Below are positions 18,616 to 28,400 of a stretch of DNA of 64,000 bases, piece after piece. A program made the position numbers and the translations under genes. A model generated the notes under the pieces. It worked only from the letters and a program-made list of their open reading frames with translations. It had not been told where the DNA came from and did no database searches. The number at the start of each line of letters is the position of its first letter. The first letter of the stretch is position 1. The DNA is from an uncultured bacterium (GTDB lineage: Bacteria; Pseudomonadota; Alphaproteobacteria; CAJXXZ01; 1604HC). The stretch is taken from NCBI GenBank assembly GCA_913063285.1, contig CAJXXZ010000003.1, positions 2,317-66,316 on the forward strand, read 5' to 3'.

Positions 18616-21324
18616 ATGAAAACTATCGTTGTGCTTATATTATTATATTTTCAAGTTAATGCACAAGATTTTAATAGAGAATCATGTAGATCAAAATATG
18701 GCATTCAGTTAACAGGATATACTTCACAAGCAATGCTAGAAAATTTACCAAAACATTTTTCTCAGATAGAGACCGCCACTGAGATTTTTAGTGGCTTTTG
18801 TGGCGTTGTTGAAGTCGATAATGATTACTATACACAATTTCTAAAGATTGATAAAATACCAGGTTCAAATCAGTTGCTTTTAGACTTACTAAGATCAGAA
18901 ACTAAATATTTAAAAATTAAAGCACCTAAAGTATATTTTCAGGGTTCAGAGCCGACGAAATGCATATTAAACTTATTAATGAAAAATGAAGATATTGATG
19001 CAAATGAAATCAAAACCATAAAAGGAAGCAGTAGTACAGATAAAGTGGAAGTTGATATAAGTAAATTTGAATACCTAATTAGGTGTAAGTGTCAAAAACA
19101 AACATGTCAAGAAGTAATTAATGATATGGAATTTATACAATGTTTAACTACTATATTTCAAGAACAGATTAGAGAGAAAGAAGATGAAATAGATAGTCAA
19201 GCAGCGGAAGCGGCTCGTCAAGAAGCTCAACGTAAAGCAGATCAGGCTAAAGCAGCTCAAGATCAAGCGGAAGCAGCGCGTAAAGAGGCTCAACGTAAAG
19301 CAGATCAGTTACAAACTAAACTTCAAGAGGTTCAAACAACTAAAGATCAAGCGGAATTGGCTCATAAAGCAGTAGAAACTCAACTTCAAGCAAAAGTTCA
19401 AGAGGTGGAAGATCAAGCGGAAGCGGCTCGTCAAGAAGCTCAACATAAAGCAGATCAGTTACAAACTGAACTTAAAGCTGTTCAAGATAAAGTAGCTCAA
19501 ACGGAAGCAACTAAAGCACAACTTCAAGCGAAAGTTGAAGAGGCTCAACATAATGCAGCCCAGGCTAAAGCAGCTCAAGCTCAAGCGGAAGAAGATCGTA
19601 AAGTAGCGGAAGAAGGGCGTAAAGAGGCTGAAGCTCAAGCAGCTCAGTTACAAACTGAACTTAAAAATGCTAAAACAGCTGAAGCTAAAGCTGAAGTAGC
19701 TCATCAAGAAGCAGAAACTGAACTTAAATCTCGAATTAAATTGGCGGAAGCGGCTAAAGCTAAAGAGGAATTAGCTTGTCAAGAAGCTCAACATCAAGCA
19801 GATCACTTACAAAATGAACTTAAAGCTATTCAAGATCAAGCGGAAGCGAATCTTCAAGAAGCTCAACGTAATGTAGCTCAAGCAAATGAAGCAAAACGTA
19901 AAGCAGAAGAAGATCTACAAGATACTCAACGTCAAGCAGCTCAAGCTATGGAAGCAGCTCATCAAGAGACTGAAAGCTTAAGAACTGCACTTCAAGCGTC
20001 TGAATACAAATTAGCTCAACTTCGAACAAAATTCGAAGTCGCGGAAGAATCTCTTAAATCAACAGAAGCTAAACTTCAAGATCAAATTAAATTGGCGGAA
20101 GCGAATCGTCACAAGGCTCATGTTCAAGCAGCTCAAGCGAATAAAGCAAAACATAAAGAGGAAGAATCTCGTAAAAACTCTGAAGCTCAGGCTGAAGAGT
20201 TAAAAGTTCAACTTCAAAAGGCTAAATATAAAGCAGCTCAGTTACAAACTGAACTTCAAAAGGCTGAATATAAAGCAGATCAATTGCAAAATGAACTTGA
20301 AAAGGCTCAAACAGCTAAAGCAAAACTTCAAGCAAAAGTTGAAGCGGCTAAAGCTCAAGCGGAAGCGAATCTTCAAGAGGCTCAAGGTACAATAAATCAG
20401 TTAAAAACTAAACTTCAAAAGGCTCAAGATCAAGTAGCTCAGGCTAATGAAGCAAAACTGAAAGTAGAAGCCGAAGCAAAACGTAAAGAGGAAGAGGTTT
20501 ATAAAGATGCTAAAGACTTAAAAAATAAACTTCAGGCTAAAACTCAAGAGGCTCAAGATCAAACAGCTAATGCTGAAGACTTAAAAGCTCAACTTAAAAA
20601 TGCTCAAACAGCTAAAGATCAAGCGGAATTGGCTCATAAAGCAGTAGAAACTCAACTTCAAGCTAAAACTCAAGAGGCTGAAGCGGCTAAAGCTCAAGCG
20701 GAAGCGAATCTTCAAGAAGCTAAAGCTCAAGCGGAAGCGAATCTTCAAGATGCTCAAGCTCAAGCAGAAGCAGCTCGTAAAGAGGCTCACGATAAAGAAA
20801 ATCAGTTACAAACTGAACTTGAAAAGGCTCAAACAGCTAAAGCTCAAGCGGAAGCTGAACTTCAAAAGATAATTATAGATATTGATGAATTAATTAGAAT
20901 GGAATATTTGTGTCAAAATGCTGAGAATAAATTGAACATGGCTCATCAAGAGTCTAATGATTTAAGAGCTGATCTTCAAGCAAAAGCTCGAGAAGAGGAA
21001 GCAGCTCGTAAAGCAGCAGAAGAGGCTCAAGCTCAAGTGGAAGCGGCTCGTAAAGAGGCTCACGATAAAGAAAATCAGTTACAAACTGAACTTGAAAAGG
21101 CTCAAGATCAAGCATCTAAAGCAGAAGCAGCTCATAAAGAACTAGAAAATCAACTTCAAATAAAAGTTCGAGAAGTTGAAGAATTAAAATCTCAACTTCA
21201 AGCGAAAATTCAAGGATTAAAAAATGAACTTCAAGCATCTCAAACATCTGAAAAGAATAGCAATACATGGGATTGGCTTGGAGTATTACTTGGATGCTTT
21301 AGTCAACAGAGAAAGTCATCTTAA
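18616..21324 (+). CDS. large secreted/surface coiled-coil protein: signal peptide, about 190-aa Cys-containing globular head, about 690 aa of A/Q/E/K heptad-like repeats, short hydrophobic C-terminal tail
   Basis: Signal peptide MKTIVVLILLYFQVNA. The head has 7 Cys. The rod consists of degenerate repeats such as QAEAARKEAQRKADQLQTELK. The tail is NTWDWLGVLLGCFSQQRKSS. Exact internal DNA repeats of about 50-60 nt occur (19340/20612 and 20773/21046). Confidence 0.85.
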   Translation: MKTIVVLILLYFQVNAQDFNRESCRSKYGIQLTGYTSQAMLENLPKHFSQIETATEIFSGFCGVVEVDNDYYTQFLKIDKIPGSNQLLLDLLRSETKYLKIKAPKVYFQGSEPTKCILNLLMKNEDIDANEIKTIKGSSSTDKVEVDISKFEYLIRCKCQKQTCQEVINDMEFIQCLTTIFQEQIREKEDEIDSQAAEAARQEAQRKADQAKAAQDQAEAARKEAQRKADQLQTKLQEVQTTKDQAELAHKAVETQLQAKVQEVEDQAEAARQEAQHKADQLQTELKAVQDKVAQTEATKAQLQAKVEEAQHNAAQAKAAQAQAEEDRKVAEEGRKEAEAQAAQLQTELKNAKTAEAKAEVAHQEAETELKSRIKLAEAAKAKEELACQEAQHQADHLQNELKAIQDQAEANLQEAQRNVAQANEAKRKAEEDLQDTQRQAAQAMEAAHQETESLRTALQASEYKLAQLRTKFEVAEESLKSTEAKLQDQIKLAEANRHKAHVQAAQANKAKHKEEESRKNSEAQAEELKVQLQKAKYKAAQLQTELQKAEYKADQLQNELEKAQTAKAKLQAKVEAAKAQAEANLQEAQGTINQLKTKLQKAQDQVAQANEAKLKVEAEAKRKEEEVYKDAKDLKNKLQAKTQEAQDQTANAEDLKAQLKNAQTAKDQAELAHKAVETQLQAKTQEAEAAKAQAEANLQEAKAQAEANLQDAQAQAEAARKEAHDKENQLQTELEKAQTAKAQAEAELQKIIIDIDELIRMEYLCQNAENKLNMAHQESNDLRADLQAKAREEEAARKAAEEAQAQVEAARKEAHDKENQLQTELEKAQDQASKAEAAHKELENQLQIKVREVEELKSQLQAKIQGLKNELQASQTSEKNSNTWDWLGVLLGCFSQQRKSS

Positions 21325-21406
21325 AGCTGAATCTTAAAATAAAACATAATGAAGTATAAATTAGAACGCTAAATCATCTCATATAATCATTAAAAAAATA
21401 TTAATA

Positions 21407-21435
21407 TTGACATTTAAGTTATAATTTAACAAAAT
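21407..21435 (+). promoter_or_regulatory. candidate promoter of member B: TTGACA-N17-CAAAAT, ATG 6 nt downstream
   Basis: ATATTGACATTTAAGTTATAATTTAACAAAATACCAATATG has the same geometry as the other family members. The -10 hexamer is weak. Confidence 0.3.
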
Positions 21436-21441
21436 ACCAAT

Positions 21442-22860
21442 ATGAAAGTATATAATTTAATATTTTGCATGATACTATCACAGCATGCTTCTCCAAACTC
21501 ACTAACACTTCATAAGTCATATACACCTACTGAAAAAGATTTAGTAACTATACAACATCTTCAGTCTGCTGGTAGACATTGTTTTGCTCAGACTAATGAA
21601 TCTGGAGATTTTCGTATTTTTATGCTAATTGATGAAGATAGAAAAAATCGTTTGTTTCAATTATTAAATATAGATAAACAGCGTATTCAAGATACTAAAT
21701 TTATAGAATTTAGTATTGATTCTGAAGATGTTAAAAAATTGGCTAAATTTGATAAAGATGGTAATATTTTTCACATTGATAATCCTTTTTTCGATCACAA
21801 TTCAGACTTCCTAAGAAGTTTAGAAATTTTTGATGCAAAAACCAGTTCTGAGAAAGAGAGAATAGCAAAAATAGTAACTGCAAATTTTATTAAAAATTCT
21901 AGTTCTGAAAAGACTTGCGAATATATTAAAACGATTAATGGTCATAGTTTAGATGATTTTTATCAAAAAGATGTTCAAGATGATACGAATAGAACTTTCG
22001 ACATTGTAATCGTTGAAAATGATAAACCACATATAGATATATTTGATTCAAGCTATGAAACAGCTATGCAATTTACTAAAGAAAAAGAATTAAGTGATGA
22101 AAGTAGTATAGAATTCATGATGAAAAATATAAGAACTCTTCAACAAATGTATGATATATCTCATGAAAATTTAGAGATAGTTTTAAGAAAAATTATAGAT
22201 TCAGAGTGGGTAACAAAACAATTAGATTTTTTTGAAATTCAAACAAAAATATTACAAAATTCTGAGATGACTGATTTAATTGGCCCTTTGAAAGATATAC
22301 AGTCACTTTATCTTGCTGCTCTTCACAGTAATTATCACATTGAATGTATTAAAAAAAATACTAAGAAAATCTATGATTCTGATTATACTGATGATGAATT
22401 TGATTTAGCTATTGCTGACATACAAAAGACTTTAGATGAAATAACTAACTTTACTAAAGTTATTTTGGAGAGATATCAAAAACTTCATATACGAAATATG
22501 GTAAATTATGAAAATCTAATTACTTTTGATAGAATTTCTAAAAATATAAATAATACTATGAATAATATTTATGAGTTGCAAAAAGATTATTTGCACAAAC
22601 TTGATACAAGAGTTATAGATGCTGAGTTTGCTGAGCAGCATGCTAATCTTAAATCTGAAGCTATTCGTAAACTTATTATGTACGCAGATCTTAGATGTAA
22701 AGTATATCTATCTTATAATGATAATAGTAAATACTTACGTATTTTATCTGTAACAGAAGATCAAGAAAGTGAAGAAAGAGCTACAGTTGCTTATAATGAA
22801 TATGTAGACGTTTTGAGAGATCTTCATAAAGCTAAAGCCTATACTGCAACAATAAAATAA
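21442..22860 (+). CDS. secreted paralog-family member B (shortest member, no repeat tail)
   Basis: Signal peptide MKVYNLIFCMILSQHASP. N-domain blocks: GRHCFAQT..FRIFMLIDEDRKNRLFQLLNID..TKFIEFSI..FDKDGNIFH..CEYIKTING. Second module: NIRTLQQMYDISHENLEIVLRKIIDSEW. Confidence 0.8.
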   Translation: MKVYNLIFCMILSQHASPNSLTLHKSYTPTEKDLVTIQHLQSAGRHCFAQTNESGDFRIFMLIDEDRKNRLFQLLNIDKQRIQDTKFIEFSIDSEDVKKLAKFDKDGNIFHIDNPFFDHNSDFLRSLEIFDAKTSSEKERIAKIVTANFIKNSSSEKTCEYIKTINGHSLDDFYQKDVQDDTNRTFDIVIVENDKPHIDIFDSSYETAMQFTKEKELSDESSIEFMMKNIRTLQQMYDISHENLEIVLRKIIDSEWVTKQLDFFEIQTKILQNSEMTDLIGPLKDIQSLYLAALHSNYHIECIKKNTKKIYDSDYTDDEFDLAIADIQKTLDEITNFTKVILERYQKLHIRNMVNYENLITFDRISKNINNTMNNIYELQKDYLHKLDTRVIDAEFAEQHANLKSEAIRKLIMYADLRCKVYLSYNDNSKYLRILSVTEDQESEERATVAYNEYVDVLRDLHKAKAYTATIK

Positions 22861-22973
22861 TTAAGCTTTTTTATACATTTATTACTTTAAAAAATATATC
22901 ATATTACAACTTTATTTTTTAAACTAAAATATAAATTAACTAACTTTTTAAACATATGCTCTAAAATGGAAAT

Positions 22974-25181
22974 ATGATATTCAAAAAAATAATATTTTTC
23001 TTCGTTTTAATATTATATGCAGATCAAACTGAAATAGCTACCAAAGGTAGTTCAGTCACATTGTATGATCAAGGAACTTTATCTACCAATGTGCAAGCGC
23101 TTCTTAAACTGCACGAATACAATCAAAAACTTGGTATTGCTTATACTGATGATTTTAATCAGGTTCATTTGATAAGAAGATTAGATGATGATTTAAGATC
23201 AAAACTTACAAAATCTTTAGGTCTTGATCAATCAAAAACAGATGAAGCTCAATTTATAAAAGTTGCTGTTGATCATGACTTTGCAAGCAAGTTTAATCAA
23301 TTTGATGACCAAGGTAAATTTGTGTCTATGACAGACTTTATATCTGAGGCTTTAAAGGATGATGCTAAATCACAAGAAATGCGTGATAATTTTAATAAAC
23401 ATAGTCTTGAAAGTTCAAATCCTGAACATAGAGAAAAATTAATATCTAGCACTATTATTGATAGCCTTTCTTCAAACGAGCTTAATAAATATATTCAAAC
23501 AGGGATGAGTAGTAACTCTTTATATTCTGGTAGATCTATTTTGGGCACTTCAATGGATGGAAACACATTACCACTTTATGATATATCAGTTTTGAACATT
23601 TCAATGGATATGAATCAATTACCAGCTTTTCAACAAATAACTGCATTACTAGGAGAAGTATATAACCAGGAAAATTTAACTAAGATTTTTGATGAAAAAT
23701 TGGCAGGAAAACTCTCAAATGATATTATTAGGAAAGACTTGATGTTGGAATTTATAAAATACACTCAAAACTCAGAGGCTAGATTAGGTGATGATACACC
23801 AGATTCTGGCTCAGATGTTAGTACAGCACAAGATCCTACTGATCGATTGGTTACGCAATCTGTTTTAGGAGGAGCTTATTCAAGAGTAGCACAACCTGAG
23901 TCGTCTAAAATAGATATCGCAGGAGCTGTTTTAGCAGATGCTATTAAAAAAGCAGTACAAGGATTTAAGTCTAGTGGTGCTGGTGATACTTCTGCACAAA
24001 CTGCTGATGGTGCTCCTGCTCTTGATACTGACGTTACTGGTAAAGGTGTAGCTGGTGCTGGCAATGATCCTGCTAGAGCTGTTGAAACTCCTGATAGTGG
24101 TACCGATGTAGCTTCCGCTGATGCTTCTACAACTAGCCCTACTCAAGTTGCCTTTTCTCAAGATAGTCCTGATGATAAACAAACTCTTACTGTTGCTGAT
24201 GGTTCTGTTGAAACTTTTCCTGCTGATAATAGTGGTGTCAATCAACAAGATGGTTCTGATGCTGCACAAACTTCTCCTGGTAGTGTAGATGTTGCTCCTA
24301 CTGAAACTAGTCCTGCTAAACAAACTGGTGCTGATGGTGCTCCTGCTAGAGCTATTGAAACTCCTGATAGTGGTACCGATGTAGCTTCCGCTGATGCTTC
24401 TACAACTAGCTCTGCTCAAGTTGTCTTTTCTCAAGATGGTTCTGATGATAAACAAACTCTTACTGGTGCTGGTGGTTCTGTTGAAACTTTTCCTGCTGAT
24501 AATAGTGGTGTCAATCAACAAGATGGTTCTGCTGTTAATAGTACTATCAATCAACAAGCTGATTCTGCTGGTGATGCTGAAACTCCTGATAGTGGTACCG
24601 ATGTAGCTTCCGCTGATGCTCTTGCAACTAGCTCTACTCAAGTTGCCTCTTCTCAAGATGCTGCTCAAAAATCAGATGCTAGCTTAGATTTTTCTTTCTC
24701 TGATACTGACTCTGATGCTGATAAGGGAAGATATGATGTTGCAAAAGCTACTATAGAAAATATTATGCAACATGGTTTAGACAGTTTTGATGATAGAGAA
24801 AATATTGCTTTCTCTGATGCTGGCTCAGATGCTGGCTCAGCTGACGATACACCGAAATCTAATAAGGGTAACACATCATTTGCTATTCATTATAATTTAC
24901 ATAATCAAGGTTACAGTGATGATGAAAAAGCTGTTTTAACAGCTGATGAACAAACTGCTTCTACTGGTGCTTCTGGTGATGGTAGCGGTATAGCTCCTGA
25001 AACTGGACCTGGTGCACAACTTACTGATCAAATAGCTAATCATTCAATTGAAGAGATTTATGATCATCAAGACTGGACAAATAATCCTACTAATGTGTTG
25101 GCTGAAAGTGCTGCACATGTTCTTAAACCACCGTATATTATTTATTTTTTACAGGATGATAGCCCTGTCGATACAGTATAA
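22974..25181 (+). CDS. secreted paralog-family member C with an acidic Ser/Thr/Asp/Ala-rich tandem-repeat region
   Basis: Signal peptide MIFKKIIFFFVLILYA. N-domain blocks: LGIAYTDD..VHLIRRLDDDLRSKLTKSLGLD..AQFIKVAV..FDDQGKFV..LNKYIQTGM. Repeats have the form ETPDSGTDVASADASTTS.TQV.FSQD..DDKQTLT...GSVETFPADNSGVNQQDGS. Confidence 0.85.
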   Translation: MIFKKIIFFFVLILYADQTEIATKGSSVTLYDQGTLSTNVQALLKLHEYNQKLGIAYTDDFNQVHLIRRLDDDLRSKLTKSLGLDQSKTDEAQFIKVAVDHDFASKFNQFDDQGKFVSMTDFISEALKDDAKSQEMRDNFNKHSLESSNPEHREKLISSTIIDSLSSNELNKYIQTGMSSNSLYSGRSILGTSMDGNTLPLYDISVLNISMDMNQLPAFQQITALLGEVYNQENLTKIFDEKLAGKLSNDIIRKDLMLEFIKYTQNSEARLGDDTPDSGSDVSTAQDPTDRLVTQSVLGGAYSRVAQPESSKIDIAGAVLADAIKKAVQGFKSSGAGDTSAQTADGAPALDTDVTGKGVAGAGNDPARAVETPDSGTDVASADASTTSPTQVAFSQDSPDDKQTLTVADGSVETFPADNSGVNQQDGSDAAQTSPGSVDVAPTETSPAKQTGADGAPARAIETPDSGTDVASADASTTSSAQVVFSQDGSDDKQTLTGAGGSVETFPADNSGVNQQDGSAVNSTINQQADSAGDAETPDSGTDVASADALATSSTQVASSQDAAQKSDASLDFSFSDTDSDADKGRYDVAKATIENIMQHGLDSFDDRENIAFSDAGSDAGSADDTPKSNKGNTSFAIHYNLHNQGYSDDEKAVLTADEQTASTGASGDGSGIAPETGPGAQLTDQIANHSIEEIYDHQDWTNNPTNVLAESAAHVLKPPYIIYFLQDDSPVDTV
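24084..24665 (+). repeat. in-frame tandem repeats in member C: unit 1 of 273 bp (24084-24356), unit 2 of 222 bp (24357-24578), unit 3 partial
   Basis: The string gaaactcctgatagtggtaccgatgtagcttccgctgatgc recurs at 24084, 24357 and 24579. The units are near-identical at the DNA level. Confidence 0.9.
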
Positions 25182-25366
25182 GGTGTTGTAGAAGATACTG
25201 TAGAAGATATATCTTTGTAATATATTTTTTATCTAATCAACAGAGCTAAATTTAGTTTTTTTATTTTAGGTAATATTATTAGCACTGATAATATTTTTTA
25301 TAGATATAATCTTATATTAAATCTTGTCATTCTTTAGTTTTCAAATTTTTATACATATACAATAAA

Positions 25367-25394
25367 TTGATTTTTAGTATATATAATATAGAAT
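25367..25394 (+). promoter_or_regulatory. candidate promoter of member D: TTGATT-N16-TAGAAT, ATG 8 nt downstream
   Basis: ATAAATTGATTTTTAGTATATATAATATAGAATATTTATATATG; no SD. Confidence 0.35.
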
Positions 25395-25402
25395 ATTTAT
25401 AT

Positions 25403-28400
25403 ATGCTACTACAAAAAGTAATACTTTGTATAATACTTACATCATATATAAATTATGCAGAAACTTCAATAAAACTTTATAATTCATCCTCATTACCTAT
25501 TCAACATCAAGCTTTAATGAGAGATATGCAAGGCAAAGGTAATACAGGTTTTGCTGATACTCTTCAGTCTGATAAAGTTAGTGTACTTGTAGAGGTAAAG
25601 AATAAAGATAAAGATGCTCTTGCTAAAGCTTTGCGTTTAGATCAGAAAGACATGAAAGAACAGAAATTTATCGAGCTTATTATTAGTTATAAAGAAGCAC
25701 AAGATCTTGTTCATGCTGATAAAGATGGAAAAATTCTTTTTCTAAGAGACTTTACAGGTGATCTTTTAGATGCAAACAGTAAATTAAGACGAAGTATATC
25801 TACCAATAAAACTACTAATAACATAGAATTTGTTTCGATTTTTGAAGATACTACTGATTTAGATCAGTATACACGTCTCAAAGAAAAAGTAGCAGCTTCC
25901 GATATAATTGCAACTCTTGATTCTAAAGGATTACAAGCATATATTGATAATATAACGGGTGAAAATTCGGCAAATAGTGATAGTACAGGTAGTATTTCCT
26001 ATGGAGTAGCTCTATTAAGATCTAAACTAAATTCAGATCATTTAGCTCATGCTATACAAGTTCAGAATGGTCAACATCAGAAAGATAAAGATATTGAAAA
26101 ATTATATTTTGTTGCTACTAAACAAGATTCTCTAGCTTTACAAACTAAAATAGCTGATGCTGCTCGTGAATATAGTTGGAATGCAGGTCGTCAATTTATG
26201 CAAGTTATTAAATTCAATGCAAGTAAAAGTGAATTTTTTAAATATTATGAAAAATTTATTGATGCTTATTATCAATCTGTATTAGCCAAAAAGAATTTAC
26301 TCAATGCATCTATTAAATATCTGAGAGAACTTAAAAATAATTCTCAAGCTACTAAAGAGAGTCAAAATGAATTTAAGAAAAAAGTATTGAGGATGTTAAT
26401 GCAATTCATCCTTTATTGTACGGATTATCAAGTTGTAATGCCTAATATAGCCACATTAAAGCTGCAATATTCTTATGATGATTTAAATCAAGATATTTCA
26501 GATTTAATATTATTAATTATGAATTCAGAAAAAGAATTTATAGCTTTTCCGTTTAAAACTACTGATTTTGATTATGTAACAATAAATGATTTTCCAGAGA
26601 ATTTTGATACAGAATTTATGAAATATCATGTATTATTTAAAGACATTATTAAAGATCCTAAAAGAAAGTCAGAAGATTTAATACAACTGTGGAGATTGTG
26701 TAGTGATTTTATCAAAATTTTACCTACACCTGCATCAGGTATCAGTACTGATGATAATAGAAAATTTGATGAAATATTAGATAGAATAATGAGACAACTA
26801 GATACAATATTCAAAAGAATGGAAAAAAATCAAGAAAAATATAATTCGAAGGGCAAAGGTAAAGGTAAAGGCAAAGGTACAGGCAAAGGTGGAAAAGCTG
26901 CAGGTAAAGGTGATACAGCTTTTGCTCCTCGCGCTTCAGCTTCTTTGGGTAGTGACAAAGGTGGCAAAGGTGGAAAAGGTAAAGGTAAAGGTGATACAGC
27001 TTCTTGGGGGGATGGTCGTGGTAAAGGAGGTGGGGCTTCAGCTTCTTGGGGAGATGATGCAGCTTCTCGGGGACGTGTGGGTGCTTTGAATCATACTCCA
27101 TTACTTGCATCTGGTAGAGATGACACTTTAGTAGGTGCTGATCATTCTCAGTTTGATGCAGAGTCATTACAACTAGGTCTTGATAATTCAAAGAGTCCTT
27201 TTTATACATATTTTAAGCAAATACATTCTAGCTATGACAAGATTAAATCAACAGCTGATGTAATTCTTACAAAGATTGAACAAGGCAGGGGCTCTTATGA
27301 AGACTATAAGAAAGATTTTATAAAAGCTTGTCGTGAAAGTGTGGATTTTACAAGAGATATGCTCAATAAAATTGATTCATTATTTTATGAGGATGGTTAT
27401 CAAGAAGATCAATATTATAAATATCATGAAAAACATTATTTTGCTGCATTGTTTGAGTATACGAAAAATATAAATATATATTTATATGCAACTAAAGTTA
27501 ATAATGCAAATGCTGTGAAATTTCTTAAGAAATTAAAAGAAATTGGTTTGCAGTTTATGCATGCTAGGGCTCATAAAGATTTCAATTCTCAAAAATTAAT
27601 ACGAGATTTTATAATGATAAATCGTCATATTAGGCGTGCAGATATAGATGCAATATTTCATTATAATGTGTTAAAGTTTTTATTACATCTCAATAATACA
27701 GTGGTAAGCTTTCTTCATACACAGCAAGATGAAAAATCTATAGAGCAATTTGCAAAATTAAAACAACTAGCTCAATGTGTTAATTTTCCTACAGATGAAT
27801 TAAAATACAAAAAAGATGATAATATTAGAAAATATGATCATAATCATACATTAAGAACTTGGGTAAAGGCTCTGAATTGGAGTAATAGTTTATATGACAA
27901 TTTCGATCAGAAATCTGATAGGTATTCAGCTTCTTTGGGTAATGGTCATGGCAAAGGAGGCTTCGATGCTTTAGCTTCTCGGGGACCTGTGGGTGCTTTG
28001 AATCATGTTCCATTGCTTGCATCTGATAGAGATTCAGATGTTGTGAATGATGATTCAGATTCTAGTCATAAAGATTCAGCTTCTATGGATGGTATAAATT
28101 CAATTAAGAATTATTTATCCAGAACTTGGAGAAATTTCAAGGGTTTCTTTGATAATGAAGGTTGGAAATTTTATAGAGCTTCAGATTCTTGGGATGATGG
28201 TGGAGATTCTATTCATCGGTATCCAGCTCAGGATATTCATAGACCTCCTAGTTCTACTCCAGCTTTTCACAGAGATGTGATATCTAGAGATCATCATGCT
28301 TCAGATTTTCGGGATGGTGCAAATTTAACTGAAGATGACTATCTTACAATTGTTAGAGGAACTAAATATTTTCAACAAAGTGAGATAGATCATGCAGGTA

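Noticed and set aside
20581-20790. 69-aa antisense ORF in the coiled-coil gene
   Set aside because: It is a repeat-driven open frame antisense to a 902-aa ORF.
23876-24874. Antisense or alternative-frame ORFs in the member C repeat region, including a 245-aa minus ORF (23931..24668)
   Set aside because: They are open only because the tandem repeats lack stop codons in several frames. Their Ser/Ile/Arg/Thr-rich translation has no start context. The plus frame is continuous with the signal peptide and N-domain.
26626-28022. ORFs 26626..26814 (-), 26811..27209 (-), 26889..27089 (+) and 27825..28022 (-) within member D
   Set aside because: They are alternative frames of the (KG)n and SASLG low-complexity linkers, with no independent support.
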